From the NCBI GenBank assembly GCA_039096225.1, contig JBBPEB010000006.1:620001-684000 (forward strand): 64,000 nucleotides of DNA, read 5' to 3'. A model generated the notes under the pieces. It made no database searches, was not told the origin of the DNA, and saw nothing but the letters and a program-made list of their open reading frames with translations. How positions within the stretch are numbered: the stretch's first letter is position 1; every line of letters starts with the position of its first letter. This stretch comes from Blastocystis sp. Blastoise (lineage: Eukaryota > Protista > Bigyra: Opalinata). The position numbers and the translations under genes are program-made. Below are positions 53,601-62,200 of the stretch, one piece after another.

Positions 53601-56227
53601 AACTTACGTATACTCCTCCTCCTCCTACTTATAATAATGAAGTGATTACTCTACTTAAAGATACTGAAATCCAAAGATATTTAGGATGTCCTATGGGTGA
53701 ATCCATTACTAAACGAAGAGAATTCTGGGTGAATACGTTAGATGAAATCAAAGAAAAAATAAATTCTTTAAATACTATTCCTATTAGTCCTCATCAAAAA
53801 TTAATAACTCTTCGTCAATATATTATTCCTTGTATTGAATTCTTGGCTAGAAATGGTGATACTAATATACTTAAAATAAAAGAACTGGATGTACTAATAA
53901 GAAATAATGTTAAGAATTGGAATGGATGTTCTTCTGTCTGGCCTAAAGACTTTTATAGCACTTCAATACGAGATGGTGGACTTGGTGTTACTTCGTTGTT
54001 AGATAGGTACTATATTGGTAAAGCTTCTCTACTGGTAAGAATGGCTAATTCAAATGATATAAATATTAGAAATACTTTATATTATGCTCTTAGATATACT
54101 ACTCTACAAAATTCTCTATATGTGATTAATGATCCAATAAACTATATGAGAGGCCATATTCCTACTGAAATCCCTGAAACTAGAAAGAAAGATTTGGTAT
54201 TCTTTAATCTATCTATCAACAATATTAACAAACCCTTAAAAGCAAAGAAAGAAAATAATACTATTATTCCTCTAGATATAGACTTTACTACACTGAACCA
54301 TCCCTTCCCTTATATAAGAAAAGCAATTGATGCTATAGTTGCTTTAAACATGGACATATGTTACTATGAAAATAATCCGAAAAATGGAGCTGGAATAAGA
54401 ATAAGAAGTACTGATAATAGTATATCGAAATTTATAGAAGCGAAAGATGTGAAACGTAAGATGTGTAAATTATTAAATGAATCTTTGAAAATAAGACATG
54501 CTTCTATGCTGAAAGAATACTCCTATTTGCAATATACTAAATATTTGAATAATAATATATCGTGTAACAAATGGATATACAAAACAAAACATATTAATCC
54601 TTCAAAATACTGTGCCTTATTGAATCTTCGAATGAGAACCCTATATACTGGCGAGATGGCTTATAGAAGACAAGATCCGAAAGGAAAGAAACCTACTCTA
54701 CATGATACTGTCGCTTTATGTCCTTATTGTTTGAAAACTAAAAATGAATCAAGAATACATAGTCAAACACACATCATGACTACTTGTGCTAGAATCTCTA
54801 GAAATGAAAATGGACACGATCTGATTAGCAAAAGACATAATGAAATACGAGAATGTTTAACTAGATCTTTGGCAAAAGCTCTTCCTTATACTATTTATAA
54901 AGTCAATCAAGAAAAATCAATGAATACTATTCTATATGATGGTAAGAATAAAGAGGAATGGGCTAATCGTCGTCCAGATATTATAATTACAAGTGAGAAA
55001 GAAATAAGAATGGTAGAAATTGGTGTTACTTATGAACAAGTAGATGGAACTCGTGATACTATCTTAGAAATGAAACATACTAAAGATCATTCATATGATG
55101 AAGCTATACAAAAATTACAACATGATTTCCCTAATAAACAAATCTCCTACTATACTGTTATACTTGGTGCCTCTGGGACAATTCCTGAATCTACTATTCA
55201 TAATATATCTCAAGTCTCAAAACTCAAAGGAAGATACTTATACTTTTTAATATCAAAAATTAATGATATAGTCTTAGAATGGGCCTATAAGTATTGGAGA
55301 CTATCTCTTTCTGATTCTAGACTAATTACAAAAAATATTTCTAGACTACATTCTTCTGCTGCTCATATTGAACTAACTCAACGAAATATTGAATAATATA
55401 TATTACTATATGGAATAATATATACTACTAATTATCCTCTATAATACTTCTATTCATCCTCCATATACTATATTGAATATACTACTTCTACTTATACTAT
55501 ATTGATGAAATTTATCTACTACTTATCCTCTACATATTACAATGGATATTATATTAATAATTCTACTTTATATTATACTTACTATATATATCTACTCCCT
55601 ATCCTCTATATATTATATTGGATATATTACTTTTACTTGATTTTATAATTTACTACTTTTTATATATATCTTTTTATTGAAATCTTTTCTTTATATCTTA
55701 TTCTAATTCTATTTAATGAAAACTTATTTATACTGATTGAATTTATAATCAGCTCTGATTGAATATCTATATATTTATAGATTGAATTTTCTCTTTTTCT
55801 CTTACTTACTATTTATTAAACTCTTATCTTAAAAATATTACTTAAAAAATTATTCTACTACTTATTAACCTTTAATATTAATTAAATCAATTAAATTATA
55901 TTAATTACATATATATAGTCGTGATATGAAAGGTATATTGTACCTATACATCAGCTATATCCCAGAAATGCTTGGGAGGTGTAAAAATTGTGTTACTAGA
56001 TCTGGTATCAGTACACAAATCCCATTCAGAGAGTCCTATTGGTTATTTTAAGGTGCATATGAAATACATGTGTTGTGATATCCCCGTGGTAAAACATACT
56101 TAAACAAAACAAAATGAACAAAAGTTATTAAATGATATTTTAAATTTATTTTAATTTTTTTATGTTCTTTTTCTGTTTGTGTACCGTTCTCTCTGGTACA
56201 AATGGTTACTTTAATTGGCTAACACTT
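47637..56227 (+). mobile_element. RLE-type non-LTR retrotransposon, copy 2 (8,591 bp), apparently intact
   Basis: Head-to-tail with copy 1 and has the same 5' tRNA fragment and 3' end. Confidence 0.95.
47690..55396 (+). CDS. 2,568-aa retrotransposon polyprotein: low-complexity N-terminus, reverse transcriptase, CCHC zinc knuckle, restriction-like endonuclease
   Basis: RT motifs TPGPNG, NWRPLAL, QKGF, FLDLEKAYDTV, GIRQGDPLSPLLFNI, AYADD (YADD at 53447), RYLG and GGLG. Then CPYC...HIMTTC, KRHNEI and RPDIII...VEIGVTY (PD-(D/E)xK-like). Confidence 0.95.
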   Translation: MQSAIHFSNNGEVPESKLQVDLKIRDKSGSTNLASSSAPSPSDENSLQINEKRIKSVEDEKNEKQKNYDENGDPRSKLVFSGFEIPQNSEFSRDSTTTKIDPQNKQDYSLNTKELIDLSLTGSTTTTTNNSSNWVLSESDTLYVDTTSSAKKRIMSPISTQYKSIRKRVDTPLNPPLDSSLQVNSEPLKPSTENTSEKKDESWSSTGWSSDAFAKSWSTNVNIWIDYDDPKQNVKSTQKSTTNLGLPTQNTTLNQQNDVPMVISVATNTLNENSTTIISSNALSTPENVSSTKESLLNNSTNESTNLSIISTHENIPTVNITQSNSTVLNTSESTNLMNSSNAIDSSAFVDSTNSIYSSASMVSSNALDSSAPMDSSFSMDSSDSINSPDAINSPESSDSPPTPTLSQLLHNRIFPNDTNPPSWARNPTLELSPSLSTSSNTTIIDTATITNNTPIGNEIIHPSIQTTSLLSSEDEPISINLNNTEQEDQDIYTNSDSNIEIPILTPNDIIDENEIPTNETILNTIENNEFILSFPTNIYTITSPPKDFPTKFNWLFPAKPEFLIGYNTIKKHKNGKKWNNIESLKEFINHFTLMFIYEKRKNRPRIQKRITRQKAFSMLFPQSSVNTLFYLLRTLRNIYSNKHRNSSAPINEVAKQNEIPIQERITPSDTTNNYIQNEIEDNTHTNMGTFLSPVPSDSITTIEPTIPSISNSIINSNSIPIHISSSSTNTTNNIDTPIIMNTTINPDDHTIIESSISIESPITVNISSTIESPISIESPSNIDSTNLSSSMNIDQINTNIINNTIISSPSINNTQLSPNSSIENIDMELDIDINSIPSTLNTIDSNTNNINQQKESIHKDLVNNTMNITTNKEITTSITNEEENTQNKRNTINLDETNTQMNNTTTIQNRNEYYDVSSDESIINISSTSTSTTTSPMNSPIPLENHISLSNIDFNFTPLNSTQKDINGSKKTTTETTTTIETTTTPLPINTNEILNNNNTIDIDIDIDQNMSNSETNTPMNTMEIQEEIASTTMNTNNDTMMDIESSNTQENTSTNNSTQKNKKNSTQKGNRNKNTKNKSKYDDYIKAPRIPNTEDLLSTYSPINIQKTIQFSKTIKVDNTPKRRLSSMAIHKLGNWKSFIRFNKFIEDKLIPLVTPFPNSSDESNTIQMNNEMINSFNNICDYIQNELYNWIYNNSTPTYRSWRNNNLNNNSSIKKYNTIYRKNNSYSPSQRNNYNDKNSSNKYSYAGKNRNSNSYRSNNQYRNLKKTYTRKNNQYRKKYMDMHDISQNNRGYGQNQNYTGSSPNNLQNTTNNTDAMNTHDISQNNHGNTQNRYDTQNIPGNNHDYNQHRYNRRKNNYNHPINNYSNKNKYKKNKKYKNYMDLSPSTTTTTNRSTTINGTTPSTDTTSPSTASPPTTSPPPTTTTPTNNTNTIHMNNNFKQTNDDFFDNNPFRKSTDNEIEALKKYYNNLKSNLDTLKYDLNHTILPNIPETESYTISSTLSESILNWKNKLQSITLFDEDEELKINILNILQKDNENNNTPLLTLEQWKEILNLIMNEIESCLWNINQLKEAKIRITSINDAKKIQSEFDKNTKAFLRSKVFSKTTPRYCEIPSKDLQEQFTKLYDSQETSDNILLPDIIKSNTKQLLNPPALNKITYERIRHALKFLPNNSTPGPNGLPYEVYKYSSSACSLLAYILEICRSNGITLKSWSSSITCLLDKNKSDPSSLGNWRPLALQNTESKILSSIMVTYMNELNNKQNFMSKYQKGFISGIPGCEELNFILQNYIANFKLSRRAKTAAYFTFLDLEKAYDTVPQRLMHQILQYMNFPIDFRNIILSLYSSANTVIRLTKNSYTDPIYLKRGIRQGDPLSPLLFNIILNPLLNYLNNNQAMMMNIKDNTTPNNPIVISESNAYAYADDIVLLANNKEDTEVLLGKVKEILNIYHMKLSVNKCKCLAMKYSNDGNRKLTYTPPPPTYNNEVITLLKDTEIQRYLGCPMGESITKRREFWVNTLDEIKEKINSLNTIPISPHQKLITLRQYIIPCIEFLARNGDTNILKIKELDVLIRNNVKNWNGCSSVWPKDFYSTSIRDGGLGVTSLLDRYYIGKASLLVRMANSNDINIRNTLYYALRYTTLQNSLYVINDPINYMRGHIPTEIPETRKKDLVFFNLSINNINKPLKAKKENNTIIPLDIDFTTLNHPFPYIRKAIDAIVALNMDICYYENNPKNGAGIRIRSTDNSISKFIEAKDVKRKMCKLLNESLKIRHASMLKEYSYLQYTKYLNNNISCNKWIYKTKHINPSKYCALLNLRMRTLYTGEMAYRRQDPKGKKPTLHDTVALCPYCLKTKNESRIHSQTHIMTTCARISRNENGHDLISKRHNEIRECLTRSLAKALPYTIYKVNQEKSMNTILYDGKNKEEWANRRPDIIITSEKEIRMVEIGVTYEQVDGTRDTILEMKHTKDHSYDEAIQKLQHDFPNKQISYYTVILGASGTIPESTIHNISQVSKLKGRYLYFLISKINDIVLEWAYKYWRLSLSDSRLITKNISRLHSSAAHIELTQRNIE

Positions 56228-59200
56228 GGGGTTCGATCCCCCTATCAGGCGTTTCTTTTTTACATTTTATTTTTATCCTCATGCAATCAGCAATCCAAAT
56301 AAGTAACAATGCTTCTGTTCCGGAGTCAAAACTCCAACATGATCTTTTACAATCAGTTGATAAAGGTCAGAATTCTTCCGTTTCTTCTTCTGTGTGTGCT
56401 AGAGAAGATGATAAGATGATTAGTGATGAAGGAAATACTCAAGAATTCCTTGGGGCTTCAAAAAATCAAAAACAAATAAAATATGCTCAGAATGGTCTTC
56501 CAATTCAGGAAAAAGAGAATTTCTCCGGATGTGAAATCCCAGGAAATTCCGAAGCCTCCCGTGGTTCTTCTATTACTTTGAAAGATCCACCAAATAATAA
56601 CGGTTATTTACAACCCAAAAATAATCCTGAAAAGGATATTTCTTCTTCTACATCTATCTCTACAACTACATTACCTCTACACAACCAGAACAGTCCTATA
56701 CCTCTAGAAACTGAAGTCTTCTACATTGAAACTTCTACACTTGCGAAAAAGAGAAAGATGTCTCCTGTATGTACTGATTTTATGAGTTTAAGAAAGAAGA
56801 AAGATGGTGATGAACTTGTTGAACCTACTATGTCTACAAAGGATGCTGTAAACTCTCTATCTACGAAAAATGATGATACTACGAAAAAGAATGATTGGAA
56901 TTTCTCCTCTACTAAAACTTCATGGTCCTCGAACTACTCTGTGCAAAGCTCTTGGTCTACTGATATCAATATTTGGATTGATTATGATGATCCTCGAAAT
57001 ACTATGAAACCTACTTCTACATTCTCTATGAACTTTGGTACTACGAATGACGAAACTACTACAATACCCTTAGATGAATCTAATACTATGAATGAAACTA
57101 CTATGAATCCCTCTATGAATGAAACGACTCAGAATCTACAAGAAATTATTCCTAATTCCTCTCAAAGTAAAGAAATACGAAATGAAAATGAAATGAAAGA
57201 TGTTTTGATGAATACTGAAGAAAACAATGTGATCAATATTGATACAACAGTAGTTGATGTGAATGATAAAATGGATGATGAAATACAAAAAAGTAATATA
57301 AATATAGAATTGAATGAAAACAATATTGATAACTCTATGAACGAAAATACCCCTAGTGAATCTTCAAATTCTCCAGAATCTTCTAATTCTCCTCCTACTC
57401 CCACACTTAGTCAATTATTACATCAAAGAATATTCCCAAATGATACAAATCCTCCTTCTTGGGCTCAAAATAATAATATATCTACATTGGAATTGTCTTC
57501 TTCATCATCTACAAACACTTCAATAAATACTTCTATAAATACTAATAATAATACTTTGTTAACTACTAATAATCAATCAAATGATATACAACATAATTCT
57601 TCTTTATCTTCTGAAGATGAATTAATTACAATGAACTTAAGTGATGAAGAACAGGAATCCTCTTATGATACTTTAGATGATATACATACCTATACTCCTA
57701 ATGAAATACTTGGTGAATATGAAATTCCTACTATTGATAATATACTTGAAACTACTCATGGAAATAATTTCAATATTCTATTACCTACTAATATATATAC
57801 TATTACTTCTCCTCCTACAAATTTTCCTACTAAATTTAATTGGCTTTTCCCGGCAAAACCTGAATTTCTAATTGGTTATAACACAATAAAAAAACATAAA
57901 AATGGAAAGAAATGGAATAATATAGAATCCTTAAAGGAATTTATAAATCACTTCACTTTAATGTTTATCTACGAGAAAAGAAAAAATAGGCCTAGAATTC
58001 AAAAAAGAATTACCCGCCAAAAATCATTCTCCATGTTATTCCCTCAGTCAAGTGTAAATACACTGTTCTACTTACTACGAACTCTCAGAAATATTTATTC
58101 AAATAAACATAGAAATTCTAGTGCTCCAATAAATGAAGTAGCGAAACAAAATGATATCCCTATTAAAGAAAGAATAACTCCAAGTGATACAACAAATAAC
58201 TATATACAAAATGAAATTGATGATAATACACATACTAATATGGGTACCTTTTTATCTCCTGTTCCTTCTGATTCTATAACTACTATTGAACCTACTATTC
58301 CTTCTATTTCAAATTCTATAATTAACTCTAATTCTATTCCTATACATATTTCTTCTTCTTCTACAAATACTACAAATAATATAGATACTCCTATTATCAT
58401 GAATACTACTATAAATCCAGATGATCATACTATTATAGAATCTCCTATATCTATAGAATCTCCTATTACAGTCAATCTTTCTTCTACTATAGAATCTCCT
58501 ATATCTATAGAATCTCCTTCTAATATAGATTCAACAAACTTATCTTCTTCTATGAATATAGAGCAAATAAATACCAATATAACAAAAAATACTATTATAT
58601 CTTCTCCTTCTATAAATAATACTCAATTGTCTCCTAATAATTCTATGGAAAATATAGATATGGAATTAGATATAGATATTAATAGTATTCCTTCTACTTT
58701 GAATACTATTGATTCTAATACAAATAATATTAATCAGCAAAAGGAATCTATTCATAAGGATTTAGTAAATAATACTATGAATATTACTACAAACAAGGAA
58801 ATTGCTACATCTATAGCTAATGAAGAAGAAAATATACAAAATAAGAGAAATACTATTAATCTTGATACAACTAATACTCAAATAAATAATACAACTACAA
58901 TACAGAATCAAAATGAATACTATGATATATCTTCTGATGAATCGATAATTAATATCTCTTCTATGTCCACTTCAACTACTACCTCTCCTATGAATTCTCC
59001 TATTCCTCTTGAAAATCATATAAGTCTCTCTACTATAGATTTTAATTTTACTCCTATTATTTCTACTCAAAAAGATACAAATGAATCTAAGAAAACTACT
59101 ACAGAAACAACTACTACTATAGAAACTACTACTACTTCTCTTCCTATCAATACGAATGAAATTATAAACAATAATAATACTATAGATATTGATATAGATA

Positions 59201-62200
59201 TAGATCAAAATATGAATAATTCTGAAACAAATAGTCCTATGAATACTATGGAAATACAAGAAGAAATAGCTTCTACTACTATGAATACTAATAATGATAC
59301 TATGATGGATATTGAATCTTCTAATACTCAAGAACAAACTTTTACAAATAATTCAACTCAAAAGAATAAAAAGAATTCTACACAAAAAGGAAATAAAAAT
59401 AAGAATAATAAGAATAAATCAAAATATGATGATTATATAAAGGCTCCTCGAATTCCTAATACTGAAGATCTCCTTTCTACTTACTCTCCTATTAATATTC
59501 AGAAAACTATACAATTCTCAAAAACTATCAAAGTAGATAATACTCCTAAAAGACGACTTTCTTCTATGGCTATACATAAATTAGGAAATTGGAAAAGCTT
59601 TATTAGATTTAACAAATTTATAGAAAACAAATTGATACCTCTTGTTACTCCTTTCCCTATCTCCTCTGATGAACCGAATACTATACAGATGAATAATGAA
59701 ATGATTAATTCCTTCAATAATATATGTGATTATATTCAAAATGAACTTTATAACTGGATATATAATAATTCTATTCCTACTTATAGATCTTGGCATGATA
59801 ATAATCTCAATAACAATAGTTCTACTAAGAAATACAACACTATATATAGAAAGAATAATAGATATTCTCCTTCTCAAAAGAATAGTTATAATGATAAGAA
59901 TTCTTCAAATAAATACTCTTATGCTGGAAAGAATAATAAGAATAGAAATGGCAATTCATATAGATCAAATAACCAATATAGAAACTCAAAGAAAACATAT
60001 ACTAGAAAGAATAATCAATATAGAAAGAAGTATATGAATACTCATGATATTTCTCAAAATAATCGCGGTTATGGTCAAAATCGAAGTCATATTGATTCTA
60101 CTCCTAATAATCTTCAGAATACTACTAATAATATGGATGATATGGATACGCATGATATTTCTCAAAATAATCACGGGAATACTCAAAATCGATATGATAC
60201 TCAAAATATTCCTGGAAATAATCATGATTATAATCAACATAGATATAATAGAAGAAAGAATAATTATAATCATCCTATAAACAATTATAGTAATAAAAAT
60301 AAATATAAAAAGAATAATAATTATAAGAACTATATGGATTTAAGTCCTTCTACTAATAACAATAATACTACTACTACTAATCGATCTACTACTATAAATG
60401 GTACTACTCCCTCTACTAATGTTACTACTTCTACTACTTCTCCTCCTCCTACTACTACTACTCCTACTAATAATACGAACACTATACATATGAATAATAA
60501 TTTCAAACAAACGAATGATGATTTCTTTGATAATAATCCTTTCAGAAAATCTACGGATAATGAAATTGAAGCTTTAAAGAAATACTATAATAATCTAAAA
60601 AGTAATCTAGATACTCTAAAATACGATTTGAATCATAATATAATACCTAATATTCCTGAAACTGAATTATATACTATCTCTTCTACTCTTTCTGAGTCTA
60701 TCCTTAATTGGAAAAATAAACTACAATCTATTACACTCTTTGATGAAGATGAAGAATTAAAAATAAATATATTAAATATCTTACAGAAAGATAATGAAAA
60801 TAATATTACTCCTCTACTTACTCTAGAACAATGGAAAGAGATATTAAATCTTATAATGAATGAGATAGAATCATGCTTATGGAATATTAACCAACTCAAA
60901 GAAGCTAAAATAAGAATTACTTCTATTAATGATGCAAAGAAAATACAATCTGAATTTGATAAGAATACTAAAGCTTTCCTAAGAAGTAAAGTATTCTCTA
61001 AAACTACTCCTAGATATTGTGAAATACCTTCTAAGGATTTACAAGAACAATTTACGAAACTATATGATTCACAAGAAACTTCAGATAATATATTACTTCC
61101 AGATATTATAAAATCAAATACTAAACAATTACTAAATCCTCCTGCCCTTAATAAGATAACCTATGAAAGAATTAAACACGCATTAAAATTTTTACCAAAT
61201 AACAGTACTCCTGGTCCTAATGGTCTCCCTTATGAAGTATACAAATACTCCTCTTCTGCTTGTTCTCTATTGGCTTATATATTAGAAATATGTCGTTCGA
61301 ATGGTATTACTCTAAAATCTTGGAGTTCCTCTATCACTTGCCTACTAGACAAAAATAAATCGGATCCTAGTAGCTTAGGAAACTGGAGACCTTTGGCTTT
61401 ACAAAATACTGAATCAAAAATACTTTCTTCTATAATGGTTACTTACATGAATGAACTAAACAATAAACAAAACTTTATGTCAAAATATCAAAAAGGATTT
61501 ATATCTGGAATACCTGGTTGTGAAGAACTTAATTTCATACTACAAAACTACATAGCTAATTTTAAACTATCTAGAAGAGCTAAAACTGCTGCCTATTTTA
61601 CTTTCCTTGACTTGGAGAAGGCCTATGATACGGTACCTCAAAGATTAATGCATCAAATTCTTCAATATATGAACTTCCCTATAGACTTCAGAAATATTAT
61701 TCTATCCTTATACTCTTCTGCTAATACTGTTATAAGATTAACCAAAAATTCATATACAGATCCTATATACTTAAAGCGTGGAATAAGACAAGGTGATCCA
61801 CTATCTCCTCTTCTATTCAATATCATACTTAATCCTTTATTGAATTACCTGAACAATAATCAAGCTATGATGATGAATATTAAAGATAACACTACTCCTA
61901 ATAATCCTATTGTTATATCAGAAAGTAATGCTTATGCTTATGCAGATGATATTGTCCTACTAGCTAACAATAAAGAAGATACGGAAGCTCTTTTAGGAAA
62001 GGTAAAAGAAATACTTAATATATATCATATGAAACTATCGGTTAATAAATGTAAGTGTTTAGCGATGAAATACTCCAATGATGGAAATAGAAAACTTACT
62101 TATACTCCTCCTCCTCCTACTTATAATAATGAAGTGATTACTCTACTTAAAGATACTGAAATTCAAAGATATTTAGGATGTCCTATGGGTGAATCAATTA

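Noticed and set aside
39464-60899. Short antisense and alternate-frame ORFs repeated inside the retroelements
   Set aside because: They are shadows of the codon-biased low-complexity main ORF and recur only because the element is repeated.
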